This document shows, piece by piece, positions 8,486 to 22,496 of a stretch of 64,000 bases of DNA. This stretch comes from Bacilli bacterium. Lineage in GTDB: Bacteria; Bacillota_I; Bacilli_A; RFN20; CAG-826. A program made the translations under genes and the position numbers. The notes below the pieces were generated by a model. It saw only the letters and a list, made by a program, of their open reading frames with translations, made no database searches and was not told the DNA's origin. Numbering within the stretch: the stretch's first letter is position 1; each line of letters opens with the position of its first letter. The stretch is taken from NCBI GenBank assembly GCA_017429285.1, contig JAFRPF010000001.1:40299-104298 (forward strand), read 5' to 3'.

Positions 8486-9943
8486 TTATTTGCCCTCCTT
8501 ACTTGATAGATTTTTTAGTCCTGTAATCTCTTGTAAACCTAAAGAGAAATTCAGAACCATTTGTTCATCAAAAGCACGACCGGTAATATTACCGCCGAAT
8601 GGTAAACCTTCTTTTTTACCTAAAGGTAATGTTAATGAAGGTAAGCCCGCAAAGTTACCAATCGCTAAGTAGTTATCCGCAATTAAATATTCATCAGATA
8701 ATTTATCTGCTGAGGCATTAAATAATGGCGCAGTTGTCGGTGCGGCAGGTAAATAGATAACATCATTATCTTTTAAGATTTCATTAACTCTATTAACGAT
8801 CAGACGACGGCATTTTTGAGCTCTTAAAAATACATCTTTTTGGTTTTCGCTTAATAATGAATAAGAACCAAGAATAAATCTTCTTCTAATTAGTTCCGAG
8901 AAACCATTAGTTCTAGCTTTGGTCATTACTTCTTGATAGTCACTGCCTTCATAGCGAGGACCAAATTTAATGCCATCTAAATTAGCGTTGTTACTTGTGG
9001 CTTCCGCACAAGAGATGATGAAATAAGTTGGAAAGATCGCTTTACATAATCTAATATCCATAGAGACATAGTTAATGATCGCGCCTTTAGCTTTAAGTTC
9101 ATCAACAGTTTTTAAATAAGTTTCTTTAATATACTGATCAGAAATTGAATCTAAAATTTCTTTAATAATCGCGACTTTCACGCCTGAAATGCAGGGTTTT
9201 AGGTTCTTAAAGTAGTTTTCAACAGGTTTAAATGAACTAGTCATATCTTTATCATCTCTACCCGCTAAAAGACCTAAGGTGATCGCACTATCTTCCACGC
9301 TTCTTGTGAAATAAGCCACATGATCTAATGAAGTGGCAAATGGAAATAAACCAAATCGAGAAATTCTTCCCCAGGTTGGTTTAAAGCCAACTAATCCAGC
9401 ATGGCTAGCTGGTTTTCTGACACTATCACCGGTATCACTACCAATACCTAAAGGAGCGATATTGCTACTTGTGGCGGCAGCGCTACCACAAGAAGAGCCG
9501 CCAACCATATGTTTATGAGATGGGTCATATGGGTTATATGTAAATCCTTTATGTCCAGTCATACCTGAACCACCCATTGCTAATTCATCTAAAGTGGTTT
9601 TACCAATTGGAATTCCACCGGCGTTAATTAAACGGACATAAACTTCACTAGAAAATACTGGAGTATAGCCATTTAAAATATTGCTTGATGCAGTTGTGGG
9701 AATATCTTTTGTGGAGAAATTATCTTTGATAACAAATGGAATTCCCCACATTAAATTATTCTTATCTTTATTTTTTAATGCTTCGACAGCTTCTAAAGCT
9801 TCATTTTCCGAGATATATTCAAAAGAATTATTAGTATCCGCTTTCGCTCTAGATAAGGCTTCTTTAGCAAGTTCTAAAGGTGTAACTTTACCATCTAATA
9901 AGGCTTGATGGATTTCATAAATATTTAAATCTAAATATGACAT
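8486..9943 (-). CDS. gatA: Asp/Glu-tRNA amidotransferase subunit A
   Basis: Amidase signature GGSSCGSAA...GSDTGDSVRKPA; located between gatC and gatB. Confidence 0.95.
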   Translation of the reverse strand: MSYLDLNIYEIHQALLDGKVTPLELAKEALSRAKADTNNSFEYISENEALEAVEALKNKDKNNLMWGIPFVIKDNFSTKDIPTTASSNILNGYTPVFSSEVYVRLINAGGIPIGKTTLDELAMGGSGMTGHKGFTYNPYDPSHKHMVGGSSCGSAAATSSNIAPLGIGSDTGDSVRKPASHAGLVGFKPTWGRISRFGLFPFATSLDHVAYFTRSVEDSAITLGLLAGRDDKDMTSSFKPVENYFKNLKPCISGVKVAIIKEILDSISDQYIKETYLKTVDELKAKGAIINYVSMDIRLCKAIFPTYFIISCAEATSNNANLDGIKFGPRYEGSDYQEVMTKARTNGFSELIRRRFILGSYSLLSENQKDVFLRAQKCRRLIVNRVNEILKDNDVIYLPAAPTTAPLFNASADKLSDEYLIADNYLAIGNFAGLPSLTLPLGKKEGLPFGGNITGRAFDEQMVLNFSLGLQEITGLKNLSSKEGK

Positions 9944-10239
9944 TATCCCACCACCTTTGGTAAACGAATTTGACCATCGACAACGTCACTAGCATTCTTT
10001 AATGCCACATCTCTATCTAATGGTTTTTGAGTAACATCTTCTCTTAAAAAAGAATTGGTGACATCGAAAGGAAATGTCATCGGTTCGACTTCATCAACAC
10101 CCGGAATTTCTCCGATTAATTCTAATTGACTCAAAATAGTATGAAACTCTTCAAGTAGAGTGTCATATTGTTTTTCATCCATTTCAAACATTAATTTTTG
10201 TGCGGCTTCTTCCAGCACGCTTTTGTTAACAGGTTTCAT
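9943..10239 (-). CDS. gatC: Asp/Glu-tRNA amidotransferase subunit C
   Basis: 98 aa with LREDV...N......I..PKV; first gene of gatCAB. Confidence 0.9.
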   Translation of the reverse strand: MKPVNKSVLEEAAQKLMFEMDEKQYDTLLEEFHTILSQLELIGEIPGVDEVEPMTFPFDVTNSFLREDVTQKPLDRDVALKNASDVVDGQIRLPKVVG

Positions 10240-10359
10240 ATCTTCTTGACCTTTTGACCGATAAGTATTTTAACACGATAGAATTTTTTTATATATAAAA
10301 ACATGAAGTAAATAATTTTTTACAACAAAATATTATTAATTTTGTTAACATATTAAGGT

Positions 10360-11211
10360 ATGAATGACTTACAAAAAAAGCAATTAGAAGTCTTAAAAGC
10401 CTTTATTAGAGTTTGTGATAAACACCACTTAAGGTATTTTCTCGTTGGTGGAACATGTTTAGGCGCTGCTAGACATGGAGGATTTATCCCTTGGGATGAT
10501 GACATAGATGTTGGTATGCCTAGAGAAGATTATGATAAATATCTTGAACTTCAAAATGAATATAACGGCACTCCTTATTTCATTCAAACTTGGAAAACTG
10601 ACCCACGTTATTGCTATAACTTTGCTAAATTAAGAGATTCCTCCACCACATTTATTGAATCCTATTTCTGGAAGCATCGTATTAATCATGGTGTTTGGAT
10701 CGATATCTTCCCTATCGACGGCATGTCACTAACAGATGATAAACCTAGAGATAAATACGCAAAACGTGTGAAATTTATTTGGAGACAAGTTTATTTAAGT
10801 TATGTTCCACAGCTAATTAGAAAATTCCACAAAGGAACATTCTTCCTAGATTTATTAATAAATATAGGAGCTATACTTTTCTATCCATTTGATATCGCTC
10901 ATTATCGTAGGAAAAGATGCGAAAAATATATGAGAAAAGTCCCATATGATAAAGCTGTTTTAGTGGCTAATTTATGTGGCACAAACGCTAAGAAAGAAGC
11001 GATGCCAAAATCTTTATTTGAAGAATTTACTAAAATCAAATTTGAAGATATCGAAGCTAGTGTTCCAAAAGATTATGATGCTTATCTAACTTACCTATAT
11101 CGTGATTGGAGAAAACTCCCACCTAAAGAACAACAAATTGGACATCATTACGATAAAGGTCTATCATTAACACAAGATTATAAATCTTACATGAGAGAAC
11201 ATAAAATTTAA
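10360..11211 (+). CDS. licD: LicD/fukutin-family CDP-alcohol phosphotransferase
   Basis: GGTCLGAARHGGFIPWDDDIDVGMPREDY and WIDIFPID. Confidence 0.9.
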   Translation: MNDLQKKQLEVLKAFIRVCDKHHLRYFLVGGTCLGAARHGGFIPWDDDIDVGMPREDYDKYLELQNEYNGTPYFIQTWKTDPRYCYNFAKLRDSSTTFIESYFWKHRINHGVWIDIFPIDGMSLTDDKPRDKYAKRVKFIWRQVYLSYVPQLIRKFHKGTFFLDLLINIGAILFYPFDIAHYRRKRCEKYMRKVPYDKAVLVANLCGTNAKKEAMPKSLFEEFTKIKFEDIEASVPKDYDAYLTYLYRDWRKLPPKEQQIGHHYDKGLSLTQDYKSYMREHKI

Positions 11212-11223
11212 GAGGAAATAGAT

Positions 11224-11937
11224 ATGAATTTTGCACTTATATTAGCAGCAGGTACTGGCTCAAGAATGGGTAATACCGATAAACCTAAACAATTCTTACC
11301 AATATACGGTAAACCTTTAATGGTGCACACGATTGAAGCTTTTGAAATTAATGATGAAGTTGATGCAATTATCATTTCCACAAATGAAGAATATATCGAT
11401 GATGTTAAAGTCATGTGTAAACAATATGATTTAGGTAAAGTTAAAGCCGTTGTCGCTGGTGGATCCACTAGACAAATCTCTGTTTATAACGGACTTAAAG
11501 GTGTTATAGGAGCTGGCGCTAAAGATGATGACATTATTGTCATTCATGATTCCGCTAGACCATTAATTAGTCAAAAGATTATTTCTGAAAATATTAAAGC
11601 CTGTAAAGAGTTTGGAGCGGTTGATACTGTTATCAAAGCTTCTGACACAATTGTTCATAGTGAAAAAGGTGAAAAGATCACCGATATTCCAAATAGAAGT
11701 GAATTATATCAAGGCCAAACCCCGCAGACATTTAAATTAGGAATTATCAGAAAAGCTCATGAAGCAGTTTTAGATAAAAACATTCCTAACGTCACAGACG
11801 ATACAAAATTAGTTTTGATGCTCGGTCAAGATGTCCACTTAGTGGAAGGCGATAAACTTAATTTCAAAATCACCACTTTTGATGATTTGATGATGCTTAA
11901 AGCTTTATTAAAGATTGGCAAATCTGAGGTTCTATAA
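11224..11937 (+). CDS. tarI: Ribitol-5-phosphate (IspD/TarI family) cytidylyltransferase
   Basis: LAAGTGSRMG, PKQFL, HDSARP, QGQTPQ and KITT; coupled to a tarJ-like gene. Confidence 0.85.
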   Translation: MNFALILAAGTGSRMGNTDKPKQFLPIYGKPLMVHTIEAFEINDEVDAIIISTNEEYIDDVKVMCKQYDLGKVKAVVAGGSTRQISVYNGLKGVIGAGAKDDDIIVIHDSARPLISQKIISENIKACKEFGAVDTVIKASDTIVHSEKGEKITDIPNRSELYQGQTPQTFKLGIIRKAHEAVLDKNIPNVTDDTKLVLMLGQDVHLVEGDKLNFKITTFDDLMMLKALLKIGKSEVL

Positions 11938-12977
11938 TGTTTCAAACAATTTATAAAGTTACATCTCCTGGAGTCTTAGAAGAATTTATTTCTAATGTTG
12001 AGATAGATTCTAATCATACTTTAGTTAAGGTTGATTATATGGCTATCTGTAAAGCGGACATCCGTTATTTTTTAGGTAACCGTGATCAAAATGTTTTAAA
12101 TCATAAATATCCTTTAGCTCCAATCCATGAAGCAGTTGGCCATGTCGTTAAAGATCCAACCGGAAAATATCAACCTGGAGATAAAGTGATTCTTATTCCA
12201 AATTCCGTGGAAGAAAAATATTTAAAAGATTTTGAAAATAGAAGATGCGCTAGAGAAGAACTAGGAAATAACTACGCGATTCATTCCACTTTTAGAAGTT
12301 CCACTACCGATGGTTTCTTAAAACAATTCTATTCTGCTGAACCTGACCTTTTAGTGAAATATGACAGCAAAATCCCTGCAAATCTTGCTGTTTTTAGCGA
12401 ATTATTATCAGTTTCAGTTGCGGCTTTAAGAAGAATTAATTTTAAAGAAACTAATCATGTCGCAATCTTTGGAGATGGCATTTTAGCTTATATCACCTAT
12501 ATCGCTTTTACCGCTTTACATCCTGAAACTAAACTGACTATTTATGGTGTCGATAAAAATAAATTAGCAATGTTTAAAGGTGCTATAGCACGTACATATG
12601 ATGAGTATAAAAACGAAAAATACGACACAATGATTGAAATTGTCGGTGGCAAATATTCCGCGGACGCTATTAATAAAATGATTGACTGGGCCACTGTCGG
12701 TGCGGATTTAATCCTTATGGGTGTCAGTGAAGAAAAAGTGCCTCTTAACACTAGATTAGTTTTAGAAAAAGGACTATCTTTAAAAGGCGTTACTAGAAGT
12801 GATAGAAAAGATTTTGAAACTGTCGCTAAATTATTAGAGGATAAAGAAGTTCGAAACAAATTAAAACCGATGGTTATCAGCGAAACTGAAATCAAATCTG
12901 TTATCGATATCTATCATTGTTATGAGGCAGATATAAATAATAAGACTATCATCGGTAAGAACTTGATGAAATGGTAA
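11937..12977 (+). CDS. tarJ: Ribulose-5-phosphate reductase (TarJ-like MDR dehydrogenase)
   Basis: AICKADIRY...P.APIHEAVG, GDG.LAY and RLVLEKGLSLKG.TRS; overlaps the tarI stop. Confidence 0.85.
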   Translation: MFQTIYKVTSPGVLEEFISNVEIDSNHTLVKVDYMAICKADIRYFLGNRDQNVLNHKYPLAPIHEAVGHVVKDPTGKYQPGDKVILIPNSVEEKYLKDFENRRCAREELGNNYAIHSTFRSSTTDGFLKQFYSAEPDLLVKYDSKIPANLAVFSELLSVSVAALRRINFKETNHVAIFGDGILAYITYIAFTALHPETKLTIYGVDKNKLAMFKGAIARTYDEYKNEKYDTMIEIVGGKYSADAINKMIDWATVGADLILMGVSEEKVPLNTRLVLEKGLSLKGVTRSDRKDFETVAKLLEDKEVRNKLKPMVISETEIKSVIDIYHCYEADINNKTIIGKNLMKW

Positions 12978-12980
12978 AAG

Positions 12981-12998
12981 AAAAGGGCATAGCCCTTT

Positions 12999-13000
<2 letters not shown>
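12981..13000. terminator. Bidirectional terminator between tarJ and ligA
   Basis: AAAAGGGC-ATA-GCCCTTTT. Confidence 0.8.
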
Positions 13001-17200
<4,200 letters not shown>

Positions 17201-17248
17201 ATATTGCTTAGCAATATAATAACATAATATTTGAAGCCTCTCAATTTA

Positions 17249-17683
17249 TTATTTTAGAAGTTTAGTTATGTAATTCTTTATATCTTTTGATCCCACTATA
17301 TTTTCATTAATTTTATGATTAACAACATGAAATAATGTGGGTGTTCCAAGTATACCTATATCTTCAATTTTATCTTTATCAATAACTTGTTCTTTATCAT
17401 CGATTAAAGGAATCTCTTTATCATAAATCACAAAATATGTTGGGCTTTGATAGTTATAAGAAAAATATATGATTTCATTTTTTATCTCATTACAATGACC
17501 ACATGTTTCAGAATAGATATATGCAAAATAATCACACTCTTGCTGATGGAATAAATCAACCCATTCAATATGATTCATTTGAGCATAATCATATGTAGAG
17601 GGAGAGGAGAAATTAAAAGAAGTCGTGTTAGGATTGCATGCTGTTAAGAATGAGATGATAAGAATAGATGCAAAAAATCTCAT
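17249..17683 (-). CDS. Thioredoxin-fold lipoprotein
   Basis: Lipobox LTAC, CGHC motif and GTPT cis-Pro loop. Confidence 0.7.
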   Translation of the reverse strand: MRFFASILIISFLTACNPNTTSFNFSSPSTYDYAQMNHIEWVDLFHQQECDYFAYIYSETCGHCNEIKNEIIYFSYNYQSPTYFVIYDKEIPLIDDKEQVIDKDKIEDIGILGTPTLFHVVNHKINENIVGSKDIKNYITKLLK

Positions 17684-17762
17684 AATTCCTCCTCTATATA
17701 TTAACTACCCTCATTTCTTAATTTTTTTCCTAAAATAATGAGAAAATGTTAAACTTTTTTAT

Positions 17763-18674
17763 ATGGAATTTAAAAAACCGAGAGAATCACTAGTTCAAAA
17801 CATCACTTTTATGGCGATGATGGCAGCGATAAATGTTGTCTTTGTGGTTCTTACAACATTAGTTCCTGTTTTAGTATTTCTCATTGTTTTTATTTTGCCT
17901 CTAACCTCAGTGCTCGTTACTTTACACTGCAAAAAGATTTATTTTCCAATTTATGCAGTGGCCACAATTGGGTTATGTTTGATATGTACTATTTGGAAAA
18001 TAGATGACACTATCTTTTATGTTATTCCATCAATAATTACGGGTTTTGTTTTTGGCCTACTAGTTCAATATAAAGTTCCATCTTTTTGGATCATAATAAG
18101 TACCACTATTATTCAAATCGGTTTTACATATGCCAGTATGCCCTTAATTAAATTTATGACCGGAAGAGATATTGTCGAAGTCTTTGCTTCTGCTTTTGGA
18201 ATACTAGATTTCAAATACTTAAACTATGTGGTTCCATGCTTCATATTCTTTATCGCGTTAGGGCAAGAAATAATTGCCTATTTTATAATTGCTGATGAGT
18301 TACCAAAATTTGGTTATGAACTCAACGAACCAAAGAACTTGCCGTTATCGTTATTTATCTGTTTGAACAGCGCTATCGTTTTATCGATTATATTCATCTT
18401 TATCTATGGACCACTTTCATATCTATTTATGCTATTCGCATTGCTATTAGCAATTTACTCCTTAATCTATCTAATTAAAGCTAATAAACCATGGATCTAT
18501 GCTAGCCTAGTTAGTGGTTTTATCTTAGCTCTATTCCTTTTTGCAATATGCTATCCATTAGTCAAAGAACCACTAGGTTTAGTATTTATAAATATTTATT
18601 TCTTTATCGTTTCAATTATTGTCTTTATCAATAATTATTTGTTTAAACAAAAGAATATAGCTACAATAAAATAG
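17763..18674 (+). CDS. Multi-pass membrane protein, probably DUF2232/YybS family
   Basis: About 300 aa with many TM helices and a YybS-like N-terminal pattern (ILPL....TL). Confidence 0.55.
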   Translation: MEFKKPRESLVQNITFMAMMAAINVVFVVLTTLVPVLVFLIVFILPLTSVLVTLHCKKIYFPIYAVATIGLCLICTIWKIDDTIFYVIPSIITGFVFGLLVQYKVPSFWIIISTTIIQIGFTYASMPLIKFMTGRDIVEVFASAFGILDFKYLNYVVPCFIFFIALGQEIIAYFIIADELPKFGYELNEPKNLPLSLFICLNSAIVLSIIFIFIYGPLSYLFMLFALLLAIYSLIYLIKANKPWIYASLVSGFILALFLFAICYPLVKEPLGLVFINIYFFIVSIIVFINNYLFKQKNIATIK

Positions 18675-18678
18675 ACTT

Positions 18679-19197
18679 ATGATTACGCTATTTAAAAACA
18701 TTGGAAGAGGCATTTTATACATCTTTGTATTACCACTTCTTTTGGTTGCTTTAGCAGTCTATGCCGTTGTGGCTATTTTCATATTCATTTATTTAGCGAT
18801 AAAAGGCTTGGTTTTATTCTTTTCCGGTAGAAGTTTATATGAAGATTTGCCAGAAGATATTGAAGCTAAAAAAAGGCTTGGTGAAAAACCAAGTGCTCAA
18901 CCAATGTCGATAGCGTCAGATCCATTAGGCTATCCATCAAATGACACGGCCACATCTACGGATCCATTTTATGTACCTGAATATCTAAAACCTAACGATG
19001 AACATGTTGAAGAAGTAGCAGAAGAAAATAGAAATGAACCTGAACCAGAATATCAACCAGAAGTGTCTATTAATATCAATCGTGAAGAGGAAATAAAAGA
19101 GGAAATTCCTCAAAAAAGTGTGCAAAAACGTGATATTTATGAAGATTTAGATGAAGATGACGACTCTGATTCTGGTATTCACATTAATTATGATTAG
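18679..19197 (+). CDS. Hypothetical membrane protein with an acidic low-complexity tail
   Basis: Long N-terminal hydrophobic segment followed by a Pro/Glu/Asp-rich region. Confidence 0.7.
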   Translation: MITLFKNIGRGILYIFVLPLLLVALAVYAVVAIFIFIYLAIKGLVLFFSGRSLYEDLPEDIEAKKRLGEKPSAQPMSIASDPLGYPSNDTATSTDPFYVPEYLKPNDEHVEEVAEENRNEPEPEYQPEVSININREEEIKEEIPQKSVQKRDIYEDLDEDDDSDSGIHINYD

Positions 19198-19211
19198 GGA
19201 GGCAAATAGGA

Positions 19212-19871
19212 ATGATGACCTTTATTTCATTATCTGAAAATGACAAAAGATTCCTTTTTGCAATCCTTTTAGTTTTCATCATTGTTTTAGTGCTTATTGG
19301 ATATATCGGCTACCTTGTAACTAGAATTATGAAATGGCAAGGTAAAAAGATGGACACTTTAGTCGCTGATCCTGTCATCACCCGTGTTATTACCGATAAA
19401 CATCACTTTATTTCTTACGCCAGAAAGAAAAATTGGAGATTGTTCTTTAAGCAATCTTATATTGGAATTTTGATCCTTCTTTTCGGTGTCATCATGCTTC
19501 TCATTAGAGATGGTGTTTATAAAGACTTTTCTTATAACCCATTTAACACTAAAGACGGATTTGGTTCATTAATCTTTGTATGGGATTATTCTGTGTGTTT
19601 TAAAAGAGATGGCGCTTCTTTAATCGTTCAATGGCCAAAACTTATTAATACACCTCACTTTGAAATTAAAGCCTGGGGTGGTTATTTATTTGCTATCTCT
19701 CTATTTGTAGGTGGAGCTTGGTATTTAGTGGCCCTTCAATCGTTAATTGCTAGAACATTTAGAATGTATTCCTTATCCAATACAGCATTTGAAAAAACCT
19801 TAAATGGTTTTAACCAAAACGTCGCTTATAATCCGAATAATATAAATACAAATAATGAGAATCAGCAATAA
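19212..19871 (+). CDS. Hypothetical membrane protein (3 TM)
   Basis: GGAGG RBS and three hydrophobic segments. Confidence 0.75.
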   Translation: MMTFISLSENDKRFLFAILLVFIIVLVLIGYIGYLVTRIMKWQGKKMDTLVADPVITRVITDKHHFISYARKKNWRLFFKQSYIGILILLFGVIMLLIRDGVYKDFSYNPFNTKDGFGSLIFVWDYSVCFKRDGASLIVQWPKLINTPHFEIKAWGGYLFAISLFVGGAWYLVALQSLIARTFRMYSLSNTAFEKTLNGFNQNVAYNPNNINTNNENQQ

Positions 19872-19896
19872 AAAATAGCCTTTAGGGCTATTGTTT
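19872..19896. terminator. Bidirectional terminator
   Basis: AATAGCC-TTTAG-GGCTATT between convergent genes. Confidence 0.7.
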
Positions 19897-20034
19897 TGTA
19901 AATATCCGAATCATTTCGTAAACAAGATAGGCCACTAGAGCAATATCTAACACAATGAGTAAGACGAACAAACGAAATCTTACTCTTTTTTTACGAAGTT
20001 CTAATTCCTCTTTGCTGACTGTGTTCTTTTCCAT
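19888..20034 (-). CDS. 48-aa single-pass membrane microprotein (not in the ORF track)
   Basis: MEKNTVSKEELELRKKRVRFRLFVLLIVLDIALVAYLVYEMIRIFTKQ; ATG lies 2 nt after the asnS stop. Confidence 0.7.
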   Translation of the reverse strand: MEKNTVSKEELELRKKRVRFRLFVLLIVLDIALVAYLVYEMIRIFTKQ

Positions 20035-20036
20035 AA

Positions 20037-21428
20037 TTAATATTTAATTGAACCAGAAGTACGTGGATAGGGTTGAACATCACGAATGTTTTGCATACCA
20101 GTCACATACATTAATAATCTATCGAAACCGATACCGAAACCAGAGTGACGGCAACCACCATAACGACGAGTGTCTAAATACCATTCTAGATCTTTATCGT
20201 TACCGAGTTCTTCCATCTTCTTTTTTAAGATATCATATCTTTCTTCTCTTTGAGAACCACCGACAAGTTCGCCAACCATTGGAACTAATAAGTCACATGC
20301 GGCGACTGTTTTACCATCATCATTTAAACGCATATAGAAAGCTTTAATCTCTTTTGGATAATCAGTTAAGAATAATGGTCCTTTCACCACTTCTTCAGTT
20401 AAATATCTTTCGTGTTCAGATTGTAAATCCATGCCCCATTCAATCTTAGAATTATCAAATTTATGACCATTCTTCACAGCTTCTTTTAATAATTCAATAC
20501 CTTCAGTGTATGGCATTCTTTTAAATTCAGAGTTAACAACATGGTTGAGTCTTTCTAATAAAGTTTTGTCAATCATGGTATTGAAGAAATTCATTTCATC
20601 TGGACATGATTTCATAACGTAATTAATACAATATTTCACGCAATCCTCGATTAAATCCATATTATCGGATAAATCTGCGAAAGCAATTTCAGGTTCCACC
20701 ATCCAGAATTCTGAGGCGTGTCTAACAGTGTTACTATGTTCCGCTCTAAAGGCAGGACCAAATGTATAAACATCTCTAAAGGCTAAAGCGAATGGCTCAA
20801 CATGTAATTGACCAGTAACAGTTAAATTAACTTTACGACCATAGAAATAATTTGGATCTTTAGTATCGTGTGTGGTGACATCAAAAACGTTACCCGCACC
20901 TTCACCATCATTAGTAGTAATTAACGGTGTATGAACATAAATGAATCCTCTTTCTTGGAAGAATTCATGAATGGCCATAGAAAGAACACTACGAACTCTA
21001 TAAACAGCTTGGAATGTATTAGCGCGTGGTCTAATATGAGCGATTTCTCTTAAGAATTCAAAGGAGTGTCTCTTCTTTTGAAGAGGATAATCATCATCCA
21101 CATCGCCTTCAAGTTCACATTCATTAACATGAATTTCAAATGGTTGTTTATTTTGAGGTGTTAAAACAACTTCTCCAACCACTCTTATAGCAGCACCTGT
21201 TCTTAAAGCGGTTAATGTTTCATAACCTTTTGATTCTTTGTTATAAACAAGTTGAACATTCTTAAAACATGTACCATCGTTAAATTCCACAAAGCCAATT
21301 GAACCATTATCACGGTTAGTTTTTACCCAACCTTCTAGTTCCACGACTTTGACTTGTTCTTTTTCTTCCTTACTTCCATTTAGAAGGATATCGAATAATT
21401 CGAAATTAGTTGTTTTCATAGGTTCCAT
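20037..21428 (-). CDS. asnS: Asparagine--tRNA ligase
   Basis: OB-fold domain, TVTGQLH.E, FRAEHSNTVRHASEFWMVEPE and GGSQREER. Confidence 0.97.
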   Translation of the reverse strand: MEPMKTTNFELFDILLNGSKEEKEQVKVVELEGWVKTNRDNGSIGFVEFNDGTCFKNVQLVYNKESKGYETLTALRTGAAIRVVGEVVLTPQNKQPFEIHVNECELEGDVDDDYPLQKKRHSFEFLREIAHIRPRANTFQAVYRVRSVLSMAIHEFFQERGFIYVHTPLITTNDGEGAGNVFDVTTHDTKDPNYFYGRKVNLTVTGQLHVEPFALAFRDVYTFGPAFRAEHSNTVRHASEFWMVEPEIAFADLSDNMDLIEDCVKYCINYVMKSCPDEMNFFNTMIDKTLLERLNHVVNSEFKRMPYTEGIELLKEAVKNGHKFDNSKIEWGMDLQSEHERYLTEEVVKGPLFLTDYPKEIKAFYMRLNDDGKTVAACDLLVPMVGELVGGSQREERYDILKKKMEELGNDKDLEWYLDTRRYGGCRHSGFGIGFDRLLMYVTGMQNIRDVQPYPRTSGSIKY

Positions 21429-21481
21429 AGTTAAATCCTCGTATCAATTATATCAATTTATATAATAAATGCATTTAATTA

Positions 21482-22495
21482 CTAAAATTTTTTATAGTCT
21501 TCAATAAACCAGTTTGGATCCACTCCAATATCTAATGGAGCGAATACTTTCATCTCATAAAGGTGTTCCGCTACTTTAGCGATCATCGCCGCTTGGTCAG
21601 TGCAGCACCACATCGGAGGGATAATAATTTTTATATTTCTTTTCTCCATCTCTTTTTTCATCTCACTTCTTAAGTAAGAATTCGCACTCACACCACCCGC
21701 TAAAATAACTTGTTTAACTTTAAATTCTTCCACCGCTCTTTTGGCTCTATCAATCACTAAGCCAACCGCTACATCTTGGAATGATTTACACATGTTAGCG
21801 ACATTAACTTTTTCACCTTTTTGCTGTAAATTATGGACCAAATTAATGATGTTGGTCTTAAGACCAGAATAAGATAAGTCATAGGTGTGTTCACCTTTTA
21901 ATGGGATAGGTAAATCATAGGTGTGTTCACCTTCTTTTGAAAGTTGATCAATTGGTAAACCACCCGGATAAGGTAGTCCTAATACACGCGCTACCTTATC
22001 ATAACATTCACCAATCGCATCGTCTCTAGTTTCACCAATTACTTTAAACTGCATTGGACCATTCATAATTACTAGTTCCGAATTGCCACCAGAAACAACG
22101 ACCGCTAAAAGAGGAAATTCTAATGGTTCAACGTATTCGTTAGCATATATATGCCCTGTTAAATGATGAACAGGGATAAGTGGTTTCTTATATAACATTG
22201 CTAAGGTTTTCGCGCATTGTAATCCCACATGAAGGGCACCTATTAAACCGGGTCCTCTAGTGACTGCGAAAGCATCAACATCTTCTAATTTAATATTCGC
22301 TTGTTCGATGGCTTCTTTTAAAACCACACCGATATTTTCAGCATGTAAACGAGAAGCGATCTCAGGCATAACTCCACCATAACGACGGTGGACTTCTATT
22401 TGAGTGCTCACAACATTAGAAAGGAGTTTGCCATCTTTAGTGATAGCAACAGAAGTTTCATCACAACTAGATTCAATCGCTAAGATTAAAGCCAT
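21482..22495 (-). CDS. tsaD: t6A threonylcarbamoyltransferase TsaD
   Basis: IESSCDETS, HHLTGHI, VSGG, DDAIGECYDK and CTDQAAMI. Confidence 0.97.
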   Translation of the reverse strand: MALILAIESSCDETSVAITKDGKLLSNVVSTQIEVHRRYGGVMPEIASRLHAENIGVVLKEAIEQANIKLEDVDAFAVTRGPGLIGALHVGLQCAKTLAMLYKKPLIPVHHLTGHIYANEYVEPLEFPLLAVVVSGGNSELVIMNGPMQFKVIGETRDDAIGECYDKVARVLGLPYPGGLPIDQLSKEGEHTYDLPIPLKGEHTYDLSYSGLKTNIINLVHNLQQKGEKVNVANMCKSFQDVAVGLVIDRAKRAVEEFKVKQVILAGGVSANSYLRSEMKKEMEKRNIKIIIPPMWCCTDQAAMIAKVAEHLYEMKVFAPLDIGVDPNWFIEDYKKF

Positions 22496-22496
22496 C

